Part shown: positions 19,755 through 34,408 of the stretch, piece by piece
How positions within the stretch are numbered: position 1 is the stretch's first letter
Layout: every line of letters starts with the position of its first letter
NCBI GenBank assembly: GCA_026023565.1
Contig: JAPETS010000026.1
Coordinates: 1-64,000 of the forward strand
Source of the DNA: Cirrosporium novae-zelandiae
Taxonomy: Eukaryota
Direction of reading: 5' to 3'
DNA: 64,000 nt
Notes under the pieces: generated by a model
The model's input: only the letters and a program-made list of their open reading frames with translations
The model's database searches: none
What the model was told of the DNA's origin: nothing
Translations under genes and position numbers: made by a program

Positions 19755-19895
19755 CCTTCAAGTAGAAATGAAAGTGACAAGACTCAAAAAATGAACCCAG
19801 AAATGTGACCTTAGGGAGGCCTTCAAATTGAATTGTTATTGAAAACTGGTTTTTCAAAGGCCTCCCCAAGATCGCATTTCTAGTTCCATCCTTTT
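19755..19895. mobile_element. MITE-like foldback element copy D (right end truncated)
   Basis: TA|ccttcaagtagaaatgaaagtgacaagactc...atgaacccagaaatgtgaccttagggaggccttcaaa - spacer - tttcaaaggcctccccaagatcgcatttctagttccat. The spacer ttattgaaaactg is shared with copy A. Confidence 0.7.
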
Positions 19896-20034
19896 CTCCC
19901 TTGACATTGTTCGCTTAACCAAGGTGCTAAGCTAGATACGCTGACATCATCTTCTACTCGTCACGTCGCAAAGTGGTTGTAACTTCAGACCAAGGTACGT
20001 TATCTCAATTAGGTTAGCACCATGCAAACACTCA

Positions 20035-20064
20035 GCGCGTCTTTAGCACCACAGCAAAACGCGT
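20035..20064. promoter_or_regulatory. MCB (MluI cell-cycle box) elements upstream of MCM6
   Basis: ACGCGT at 20059-20064 and GCGCGT at 20035-20040, about 70-95 bp before the MCM6 ATG. Confidence 0.55.
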
Positions 20065-20130
20065 CTCGTTAGAAACTTTGATCTAATCTCCCTTGAAACC
20101 ACTTCCAGAACAAGCACCATAGCAACAATC

Positions 20131-23182
<3,052 letters not shown>

Positions 23183-24123
23183 GCGTCTATGATTTCCTAA
23201 CTTTGATGAGATAGATGCGGGTGTGTGCATGGTGATGGCGTTTAATACGTATGAGATGGGGTTGCCTCATCAATGATTTCTCGAAGCATGACTGAAATGT
23301 ATGTATGTATGGAATGGAATGGCCAAAGATTGAAGATTGGATATATTATATTATATCATCAAACGATAGAGCAGAACACACAAATTTGCTTTAGATAGAA
23401 ATGTGAAGTTTCATAGGAATTTTCATCTCTTTTTTGAGAGAGGCAGAGAGAAAGAAAGGGCGACAGAGAGAAAGGGCGAGAACAAAGACCAAGTCTTGTA
23501 AAAAAAATTTACTTGCTTGCCTAGTAAATGTTTAGCTAAAGTCATCTACGAGAAAAGAGATCGCAGGTACTGTACCTTGGGGGAAGAAGAAGTTGAAGGG
23601 GAAAACCGAATCCCAGTCTTTTTAAAACATACTATTGAAAGAGTTTTTTTTTTTTTTTTCACCTCATTTGGTTTAATAGAATAAATGCCCATGTGATTTT
23701 TTGTGTGTGCACATTGATTTGATTTCACTATCGTGTGTATGTGTGCGTATGTGTGGATTTGCCAGCTCAAAGGAAATCCCCCGTTTCATTTCATCATTTC
23801 ATCGCAGTTCATTCCAGTGAATTGTTCTTGCAATAGATAATACAAAAGCCCGAAATAGAAGCAGAAGTAGAAGCCAGAAGCCAGAGATTCAAAGATGGAA
23901 AGATTAAAGGCTAGGTAGGTCGTTCATGTTAATTGTGGTGGTGTCATAACCCGAAACCCATACATAATAATCTCATTATCCCAGGTCCATCCATTCATCA
24001 TTGTCGTTATCACGCGCTGCAGCTACAACTAGTTCTACCTTTACCCGTACTGTAGTAGAAAAGTGAACCTTGGCTGCAGGTGAAATAAACATGAGGAAGA
24101 AAGAAGGAGAAGGGATTTTTTAT

Positions 24124-24797
24124 TTAGGAGCTCGAGGTGACGGAGCCGCCTTTTCTGCCTGCTTCGACGGCTCGAGGGTCGCCAGGTTCAAAGGAACCGC
24201 TGCTGGCGAGACCGCCTTTGTGTGCGATTTCTTGCTAGAAAGGTAAAGAGAGCAGTGTTAGTAGTGTGTTTGACTGAGGGGGGTTAGGCTGAGGAGAAGA
24301 TGTGAGATGAGGTCAATTGGTATGGTAGAGAAAGCGCTGAGCTGAGGTAAAAGTCGTAGGCTGATTGACACATGTACGATAGAAACAGAACAAGAAGAAT
24401 GAATAAGACATACCACCTTCTCCGTAGGCATAGAAGCAAACCCCCCCGAATGACTAGCCTTCCCACCCTTACTCGCAATCTCCCTGACCTCTTCGGTCGG
24501 ACGATTAGCGAAATTCCCAGGATTTCCATTTCCAGGAAGTGTCTCTGTCTCTTGCTCTTCTCCGTGGATGGGAAGGCCGTGAGCTGCCTTGCCGCCCATG
24601 CTTGCAATCGCTCCCACTTCTTCCTTGGGACGATTGGCAAAGTTTCCTGGGTTTCCATGGCCGGGAAGGTTTTCTTTTTCTTCGTCTGTGTGGATGGGGA
24701 TGCCATGAGCTGCTTTGCCGCCCATGCTAGCGATTTCTTTGACCTCCTCGGTGGGACGGTTGGCAAAGTTTGCGGGGTTATTACTTGCAGTAGACAT
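24124..24797 (-). CDS. con-10: Conidiation-specific protein 10-like (KGG-motif stress protein), 2 exons
   Basis: Three NP(A/G)NFANRP.EEV..IAS.GGKA repeats. After an intron the last exon reads QEIAHKGGLASSGSFEPGDPRAVEAGRKGGSVTSSS*. Confidence 0.88.
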
Positions 24798-25310
24798 TGT
24801 AATTGAATGTAGGGTTTGTTCGGGAGTTAATAGTAGAGATAAGTCGAGTAATGGAGATGCTTGGTGTGAAGAAAAATAGAAAATTAGAGAAAGATGAAAG
24901 GGAAGAAAGGTTGGAAAGACAGTGAGTTATATATCCTTTAAATGGGTAGGCAGCAAGAGGCAGCAAGAGGCATGTCTCTAGATCACCTGAACTGGCGCCC
25001 ATTTCGTCAACATGACGATAATAGGAAACAAAAAAGTCCGAGGTCATCGCGTTCATGCGGGGAGAGACGCAGCAGCCTAATTTATATAATTCGCAGATAT
25101 GATCGACAATGCAAAAATACGTCAGACATTTCCAACGGTCAAGGATGTGGCTGGTAGGTACGGTAAAGTGCGAGGCGAGTAGAGGGGTAGGTCTTGGCAG
25201 GGGAATATACAGTACCGCTTGCATACACGGTACAGCACTTTCGAGGTATCCAAATTTTGAAAAATTCATCACACGTGTATAATACATCTCATCTAGTCCA
25301 TCTCTTACAT

Positions 25311-27933
25311 CTAAATATCCCAGATTCTCTTCCACTCTTCCGAACTTGATGTCATGTTTGTCTTGAGCCTTATCGCTCCAAACCGAGGAACAGGCTTCTT
25401 AGACTGTAACCCTCGTCTGATTTTAGTTGCCCCGTTAATTGCTGCCTTCAGCTTATACTCAGAGAGGTCTGATGATACCACCGCCTTGATATTCTTTTCC
25501 AACACTGCTACCGCTTTGTTAAACTTCGCGATCGCCCTCTCCTTCTCCATCTTAAACCTCTCCTCTGGGTCAAGGCGGGACAATCCCTTCCGAAGGTACC
25601 TCCGCTCATGTACAGTTAACGTCTCGAAAAACCTACCCAGTTCTGGTATCGTTTTCATTTCATTCAATTCCTCCACTTTCCCCAGACACTCCGCCTTCTT
25701 CTGCTCCAGCTCTTCCTTTTTCTTGAGACCACCTTCCCATACTTCTTTAATGTCTTCTACCTTCTTGTCCAGCTCCTTTAAATGTTTAGTCTCCCAGGCA
25801 TTCGGAGATGGTGGCTCAGGCAAACACATCCAGTCCGTCACACAGGTAGGCACCTCTTCTGGTATGTGACTCACACAAACCAAAGATTGATCCTCACTTA
25901 ACCCTTGAAAGGGGAACAGATCATTTCTCTTTCTAACCATAGTGGTTGATGAGACTATCGGTAAAACTCTTTTGAGGAGCGGTAGATTTGGATCTGCAGA
26001 TTCGTCCAGAACCTTCTTTTGTCCAATTTCCAAAAATAGCATGCACTTGTCGCGAAGGTTTTGGTCCATGCCGCTAAAGGCTTCATCGAGAATTATCAAA
26101 TCGGGTGACTTGATGATAGCTCGTAAGAAAAGGGCAACTCGTTGTGCGGAAAATGGAATGTTGCCAAACTTCACTTCATCCGCCCAATCAAGGCCCTCAT
26201 CGGATTGATCAAGAAGATTGCCTCCAGAATCCATGGATCGGGCATTCACGACTCTATCTGCTATAGATTCAGTATATGGGTTGAGACTTAGCTCACGTTC
26301 AAACCATCTCAGTGTAGTATTAACTATTGCATCTCGATTATAGTTGAGGGCAGGCTTTGCAAGAAACGTTTCGGCCCAGGCGCTTTCCAATGTCCCGCGG
26401 ATCGAAAGGGTTTTGGGAAAGAATGCATGGATCTCGGGGGATGATTGGCCGATCCTGTTTTGTATATCAAACACAGATATTCCAGGTTCACCTTTTTGAG
26501 GTAGCCGAGATCTTCCAAATAATTTGATGGGTAGCGAATAAGCCTGTGGGTGATCAGAACAAATCAGAGATAGGAGGGTTGTTTTCCCTGAGCCTGCAGA
26601 TGGGTCAGATATTGATCACAATCGGAGGTCCTCTATTAACAAACCATTTGGTCCAAAAACACCCCATCTGACCCCTCTCTTGATTACCCAATACAAGCCT
26701 TCATAGCTCTTCCCATACTGGATCCAATCTCCAAAAACTAATTTGTTCCCATACCGCACCTGTACCCCCTCCATTTCTACCAGCGGTTCCTTTGTGGTTG
26801 TCCAAGTCACTAGGCGTTCCTTGGTATTCAACTTATTCTTGGCTTTCACATTCTTGGTAGACTTGGATCCATTCTGCTCAAGCACTTTTTCGAAATTTTT
26901 TGGGTTATACACGAAACCGCTCGCGGCATCAGGTTCAGACTGTGCTGCTTGATATTTCTCCTCAACATCCTTGATTACATCTTTCCTAGGACCCTGAAAG
27001 GCAATTCTAAAATCTTGACCAAGACATATCAAATGTGTAACCCAATCTGGCAGGGGATCTTGAGGGCGTAGGGACATGACAATTCTCGGGGACCGACTTT
27101 TAGCAAGATGGCGAAGAATAGAAGATAGATATAGTGTAGTTTTAGGGTCAAGGCCCACTGGAAGAAAAACCACATCAGTGCCTTGACATTCAACAGAGCT
27201 AACTAATAAACTTACTAAAAGGTTCATCAAGCAATAAGACTTCAGGCTCCCCAAGTAAGGCTTTTGCGATCCTTGCTCTTCTTGTCTGGCCATTGCTTAG
27301 ATTTCCAGTTGGGATATCTACCAGGTCATGGAGATTCAAATCAGTCAGAACCTTCTCCAGCAAGGCTTCGTTGACAATAGGTTTCGTAGCCGGATTCAAT
27401 TCGGTGTCACCCCTGAGATAGTCCCTAAGGGACCAGTCTGTCAGCTCGCGTCGGCTTTCATATCGTTGGGCAAGATAAGCACCACGGGTTCCAGTGCTCC
27501 CAAGCCCACCTCCTTCTCCATCAAAGCCGACATATTGAATCGCTCGACCAGGAAACCGTAGACGATAATCTTTCTTCTCGATTTCTTCGGACGACAAGTA
27601 CGGGTATGTGCGGGCTTGTGGTGGAAAGCAAAGAAGTTGGCCTCGGAGTACTTCCAAGAGAGTGGTTTTGCCAGCATTTGATGGGCCTATGATTGACCAA
27701 TTCTCTGGTTTTGTAGAGAAAGATGGGAGGCTGTAGGTGAGGTTAGGGAATAGTGGAGGGTTTGGCAGCTCTTGCTGCTCGGGCGCTTGCACAGTGGAGG
27801 GATGTCGTCGATAGAAAGTACCATTTTCAATTTGTATTATTGGAGGCCGAGCAACTTTCAAAGAGCTCCTTGACCAGTAATTGGGAGTTGTACGGAAAAG
27901 AAGGGGAGGAGTTCGACGCATGTCAAAAAACAA
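25311..27933 (-). CDS. Soluble double-NBD ABC ATPase, ModF/YDR061W-like, 3 exons
   Basis: Walker A IIGPSNAGKTT, signature LSNGQTRRARIAKAL, LLLDEPF. Second NBD GPNG/SGKTTLLSLICSDHPQAYS, FSAQRVALFLRA, ILDEAFSG and VSH. Confidence 0.88.
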
Positions 27934-28218
27934 TATGCAATTGGAAAGTACCTAGGTAATTAGAGAATCCAATGTATCATATCTTTGCTCCGGACAATGA
28001 TTTTCTTCTCCGGCCTCGGCCTCGGTTCGTCCCTCTACCAAAAAATGACGTTGGCCGTTGGAGAACGTAGCTCAAAGCCAGTCCAAGACAAGAGGGCGTT
28101 GAAACTAGATAATGATAACTAAACCTCTGCTCCACTCCACTTTTACTTCTCAATATCTTTCCGAGTCAACATCTGCTTATTAAAAACCTCAATCTAAGCA
28201 AATAGAATCACCGATATC

Positions 28219-28611
28219 ATGTTTCCAGCTCTACAAAAACCCCGCCCTCAGGTTCGTCTTCTATCCCTTACATCTATACTCTATTTGCTCATCTTTCAGG
28301 CACAGTCTGGTCCTCGTAACCAGAATCCATCCTTTCAACAGCAAATCCGCCAGCCGCATCATCAGAACCTTATCATATCACGAAACGATCCCTTTCCTGG
28401 AGGTAGTCGACTGGAGCTCAACCCAAGTGCTCACAACGAGCCAAAATACAATACAGCTGTCATGCATCCCGTCTTCTTTACTTCATCCTTACGAAAAGCT
28501 CCGTTCCCCTTGCCTTCGGGCCATGGAACGCAGATGAATCCAGCTGCGCATGGTTACATTTGGGACCCGAGATCCGAGATAGCAAAGAGAAATGATGGAC
28601 CACGACTTTGA
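28219..28611 (+). CDS. Hypothetical small protein (possible in-frame 48-nt intron 28252-28299)
   Basis: ATG-initiated ORF filling the gap between the ABC ATPase (divergent) and NYV1 (convergent). No recognised domain. Confidence 0.4.
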   Translation: MFPALQKPRPQVRLLSLTSILYLLIFQAQSGPRNQNPSFQQQIRQPHHQNLIISRNDPFPGGSRLELNPSAHNEPKYNTAVMHPVFFTSSLRKAPFPLPSGHGTQMNPAAHGYIWDPRSEIAKRNDGPRL

Positions 28612-28733
28612 ATTGAGAGCCAAAGGGCAATTATGAACGCTTAATGTAATTTATGATATATGATACTGTTGTGAATGAATATCCATGACGCCTGCATTGC
28701 TTGTTTTCTTGATCTCGAGCCAATCGATATTAT

Positions 28734-29590
28734 TTAGGAGTTACTGCCAACGCATCTTCCCCATGCTGTACAAGTCAGTCTGATAATTTCTTTGGTATAA
28801 GCAAGTGACTTACCTGGGAGCCCACATCCAAACCCGACGAATAAGTATACAAGGAAAATGACGACTATAATCAATAGGACCATCAATTTTACATTCTTCC
28901 ACCACATCCTTCGGCGCAAGCCTCTACTCCGTACCCTAAATTCATGTGCATTAGTACCCAGTCGATCAGTCTTGTCAACCAATAAATCGATTCTCTCTCC
29001 CCTTTCCAATACCCTTTCAATGTTTTCTGTCATGATTCCTCGGACGTTGTCGATTTCGCCCCTTACGTTGCCTATAGCATCGTTTTGACCAGCCTCGGTT
29101 GTGCCATAATCAACCATCAATTGTTTCAACTGCGAATTAAAGGCGGCCGCTCCATACGGAGGTAGACCGGCAAAATCAGTATCCTGAGGATCATATTGAC
29201 CGAGAAAACGTCTTTTTATTTCGACCAAGAATCCAAATGGAACCCGCCGACCAAAATTACTCTTTGCAACAACCAAGAAGGTCAGGCCGCCAGCGGTTGG
29301 GTTTGCATTCTGGTATTCAGAAGGGGCGTCGGCAATGTAGTGGATGAAGTTATCGTTGTGGGTATAGGTGAGCTTTTGGGGCTTGTCATGACCGATTTTA
29401 GGGAGGATTAAGGAAGCCAGTGAAGATGTCTGGGATGACGCGGAGGTGGTATGCTCGGTGAGGATGGTGGTTCTATAGGCGATGCAGGAACTGGATGTTG
29501 GTATTACTCATTAGTAATCATCACGGGAGTTGGATCTGGTCGGATAGGAACATACTAGAGAAGTGGCGTCACTGAGCTAGAGGAAGCCAT
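28734..29590 (-). CDS. NYV1: Longin-domain R-SNARE (VAMP7/NYV1-like)
   Basis: Longin N-terminus SCIAYRTTILTEH...KLTYTH, SNARE motif VRGIMTENIERVLERGERIDLLVDKTDRL and RRRMWWKNVKL followed by a TM anchor. Confidence 0.9.
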
Positions 29591-32500
29591 GTTGAAGAGA
29601 AGGGTGTCCGTCAACTGTCAACAGAAGGAATGCAAGGTGTATGCGAATTACAAGCACAGCTTGAGATTAAAACAGAGGTTTTGAGGATGATTGGGATGGA
29701 TGGATTGAAGTTGAAGATGACTACGTCAAGACAAGTCCAGGTTAGATGAACCTTTGAAAGTTAGGGACTTTCCGATGAGAAGCTGCAGGTGCCTCGTGGA
29801 GTGGAGCATGCTCGTGCAAGTTGCTTGCCTTAGTGCCTTGAGGTTCCCCAGATTATTATGTCATCACCCGAGTAGTGGAAAACAATACAATATATGCACG
29901 TGACAATATATGCATTTATTTATTTCATACTTCATCTCTAGAATTATTACGGATATGCAATGAAGCATCAAAATCTTCTCTAGCTTGTGATAAAAATTAA
30001 GAATTTTTGCCGTTCAACAATATTTTCTTAAATTTGAAGCAACTCTAATATCACCATGTATCAGCCCTCAAAGTTACTCAAAAGTTTCATAATCTCTCAA
30101 CCATAGGAAACTCTTTCTCGTATTTGCAACAAACATTGCAATTTAAATCGGGAGAGTATATAATCACCTTGGAAACCACCCTGGGACCTTTGTATTTGTT
30201 ACTTTTTTCGTGGTCTAGCTTTTAACTGCCTGTTTCACCAGCTTTAAAGCATATATTTCGCATTTTGTTACTTGCCTTTAGGCTAACCCTAGGCCGAAGC
30301 AGCTACAGTAGCTTCTCACTAGCATTGATTTTCACTTCTCTACCGACATAATCTTCATCTTCATCTTCATGCCTTGGTATTTCTCTACCTACATTAAATT
30401 GTATTCCTTATCCCTACGCATGATCAACATGTCCATTCCTATCCCTACGGACCCATGATCGCATCTTTACGAAAGTTGTCAGATACCTTCAGCTTTGTTA
30501 ACTCGAATTTGCGGGCCGAATGTGATTCCACCTATTCCACCTATTGCATTGACCTTTCCTTACTGCACTTTGGAGTATTGTTGGTCTAGGATTCTTATCT
30601 ATACAGTGCAGACAGCTTGGTACGGACACTTTGCGAGGTGTCACCGAGTCACTGTTCTATGCTATCCTCTTTGGTCTTCTGAGCTATAACACGATATCTC
30701 AGTTGCATGTCCACGTGAACGTTTATGCTTTGTGGTCGCTTTGACACCTATCGAGCAGTATCAATAATTCATTTCCACGTATGTCTTCGGAGCAAGTCAA
30801 GAATTATTTTTCTTCATCATTTCCGTCACTATGGATTATGGGTTATTGCACTACTGGAATGCCGTTTTCCTGGGAACAGACTATTCCCTGATTTGGAATT
30901 CACTGCTTTCTCAAGTCAAGAAAACTGCCAGCTTTATCTGAATGCGACCAACAGATGGGACGCGCGGCAATAGCCCATGAATGCGACTATTATATACTAA
31001 TTATTAAGAAAAATGGTAATGGTCTCGACTGGCTGGCAAGTTGGCATTGCAGAAAATTAAGCAAATAGAAAACGATAGGTAAAATGAAGCTCATTCATCA
31101 ATCATAAAATGTCTAAATTTCTCTTCACCTTGGGACGACTGCATGGTCGCATTTGATGGATCAAGGCACAGGATGGAACCAGTGTGACATGGCACCGTGT
31201 TCTAGTTGTTTTGTACCAACCAACACTCGCTGCAATTTCCCTGGTTACGCCAGATCTCTGCAGCTGTCTGCTCCCGAAACAGTCTGTTGCCCACAATGTT
31301 TCACCATATCGGTTTATTACTTACTGCTGAAAAAAAAAAGACAGTTTCATTTTCATGGGCACCGCCAATTTCATCCATACCCAAGCACAAAAGCGAAAAG
31401 CTTGTTACGATAAATGGAGAGATAATTCGGCATAATGCATTGGTTGAGGAGCACAACAGAATTGGAATTGTTTTAAGCTTTCCTACAACATGGCAAAATG
31501 GTTGAGCAGGAAACCTATCCCACTTGAAGTCGGGATGGATTGGTGGCACTACCATGATAAATGACGGGTTAGCCGTGGGTTTTCAGATTGGCATCCAGAT
31601 CAAAAGCGTCAGGTCAAGACAATTTGAGCGGAGAAGTTTCGTCATTGGCATCATCAAAGTCGGTCTACATGGTTGAGGCACGAGGCTGACGGGATGTGGG
31701 ATATATCGAATCATGTTGACGGGATTCGATAGTTCGCCGTCTAGCCTTGGTGCATGTCGGCCTGATGTGCTGGCAGGCCATTAATCGTTGAATCTAGCCA
31801 AAGGAAAAGATTTCTCCTCATCTAGAATTGCGGGACCAGTGAGGGTGTTGAGAGGATTTAAATTATTTGAACAAATATACGAAAACGGGGAGCATTGATG
31901 CAAATGAGATGAATCATGGGCCACGGTTTAGGATGTAACAAATGGCATGATAGAAAGGAATATGCGAACACTTTGTGGAGGTGGTGCAGGTAGTACCTGT
32001 TGGTAGGAAGAGTGTTAGCAGTTACAAGGCTCGTATCGCAGTTGATTTATTTGTTGCATAAAAGACACTAAAGTTGTAGCTATCAGTGTGTATCCGACTG
32101 CAGGAGCCAAGAAAGCCAAGGGGAGCCAAGCCACCAAGACAAGGGCAAAAAGGCGTTCATGGCTTGGTATCCAATCGCGGCTCTCACCGGCCATGCTTTT
32201 TGATGCAACTAGCAAGGATTGATAGGGATTGACAGGGATAGGCAGGGATTCCATGATTCCGACGAATACGCCCCGGGCGTGATCCAAGTTGCAGAAAGTA
32301 CAAGTAGACAGTACAGTAGTTGGAGAAAGCAGAAGAAAGCAGGAGACATTCAAAAGTCATTGACCTCTCTCTTATTTGATTGGTCTTTGTCTTGACCTCT
32401 ATTTTGTTTGATCCGTCATCGGAGGGGATAGTGTGGTGGATCAATTGCGGTGAGAATTCAAGGCCTGGAAGGACATCACCAACAGTTGGGGGAGAAAGAA

Positions 32501-34408
32501 AAAAAGAAGGATGAAGATGATGAAAAAGAAGATTCAAGGGAAATTTCCCATTCGATAACTTTGTTATTTGTGCGTTGGGGGGGGGGGAGCGCGAGGGGTA
32601 GGGTAGCGTTTAACGGCGGGTGGGACGAACAAAGACACACAAGGATGTTTTGAAATTCCGTTTGTGGAGCTCATGTCTGATGTCTCGGAAGGAGAAAGAA
32701 AAAAAAAAAAAAGAAGAGGAAGAAAGCACAGACTGGTTGCATCTAGAGTAGAGTAGAGTAAAAAGTATTGAATATTGTAAGGTCTGTGTCTGTAGGTTTG
32801 TGAGTTTGTGAGTCCGTGAGTCCGTGTGTAGAATCAAATTTAACCAATCCATGCAAAAATTTTGAGGAAAAAAGACAACAGCTGAAAAACAAGGGTGTTC
32901 GTACTCATTTTGTATTTATTACTTTTTAGTAGTTCATAACAAATTATATTTGCCTCCCAAGTGATTGGTTCAAAATGAATCTCTTCGGAAACGGAAAGGG
33001 AGAAAGAGTAATAATGCTAAACGACTAGAACGATATCGATGGATGGATAGTTAGTCATAGATTCCTACCCATTTCTTTATTCAGCTTCTCTCTCTCTCTA
33101 TGACTCTGTGACTGTGGTTGTCTCAGCTTATGACTGTTTGTTTTTAATTATTTGATTTCCTGTTAGATCAGATGCTGACCAAGATAGAAGCAGAGAGAAG
33201 CACAAAGGAGGCTGAGAAAGAAGAACAGAAAGATTGAAAGGCTATCTACAGGCGAAAAGCCACAAGTCAACCAAGTGCGTACGTATTAAAAGAACATGGA
33301 GGGATTATTTGTTGCAAAGGTTCCCTGCAAGCTCCCTTAGGTGCTAAGGACTAAGTGCTAAGAGTACTAAGTACTGTACTACGAGTAGGTTAGGTCCCTA
33401 GGATACAAGGGCCCATTAGAGGGCACAGCAAAAGTCACCCAAATCCGCCAATCCGTCAATCCGTCAATCCATCAATCCATCAAATACAACAGTCCACCAA
33501 TCCACCAATACTGTACATGCACAACCGAACCACACTTGAATAGAGAGCGTTGCATCATTCCCGTCAACAAAGATGGGTTGGGTAGCCAAAGAGGCCCAAG
33601 AAGCCCTACCTTGAGAACCATAGCAATAATAATAATAAAATAATAAAAAATAATAAGAGAGTTTTCATAAGACAATATTTTATAATCACAAACATTGCCC
33701 CCTCCTTTTTTTTTTAGTTTAATGTATTTTCAATCTAAATTTTTTAAATTTTCCAAAATTTTATTCAAAGCAATTTGACCCGGGACCAGGCCAGCTTCTT
33801 GTTTTTTTTTCTACTTTATTTTTTTATTTTTCCTTTGGGACTACTTTGGTATTAGGGATTAGGGAAATTATTGTGGACCGACGGAAACCGCACTTTCTCT
33901 CTCTTAGGTCTTTTCTCCCTAACCCAAGTCCTAAAAGTCCTAAACCCAAGAGGAACCAAGAGCGTTCGCTTCTTAAACAGACACGGGGCACAATAAGCCA
34001 TAAGAAACCCCCCCCCCCCAACCTCCTCACATCCTTCTTTTCCCTTCCCCCTTCTTGTTTTCTTACCTTCAGGTTTGGAAACCTTTTATCAACACCCCAT
34101 AATCGACCAGTTCGTTCACCTTATCATTTTCCAATCATCATTAAAGGATCCTGGATTCCCTATCATAGGTCCAGAAGTATCCTGACATCATTTCGCCTCC
34201 CGCAGTCACGACGTTATAACGCCGGCCGAATGATTCAAAGGCAGACTCACTTCTCCCCCTTCTCTCACCCCACAACCCCGCGGTGACGCTCTGGTCGAGC
34301 CATCTCTTCCTCTTACCTCATCTCAGCATCGAAGGATATATAATTCCTTAACCTGGAACCTCAGGGCTTCGACTCCCCGCCCCCAATGCCCGCTACAGCT
34401 CACACATA

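Noticed and set aside
19814..19884. Helitron 3' end (GC hairpin followed ~12 nt later by CTAG-T), also at ~2880-2947
   Set aside because: Similarity between copies and the inverted symmetry both extend well past CTAG, which fits a long-arm foldback element better.
30495..33675. Numerous 60-120 aa ORFs in the long intergenic regions (also 35744-41822, 45499-46635, 53432-54206)
   Set aside because: Low-complexity or homopolymer-derived translations, often with non-ATG starts, no domains and no consistent splice structure.
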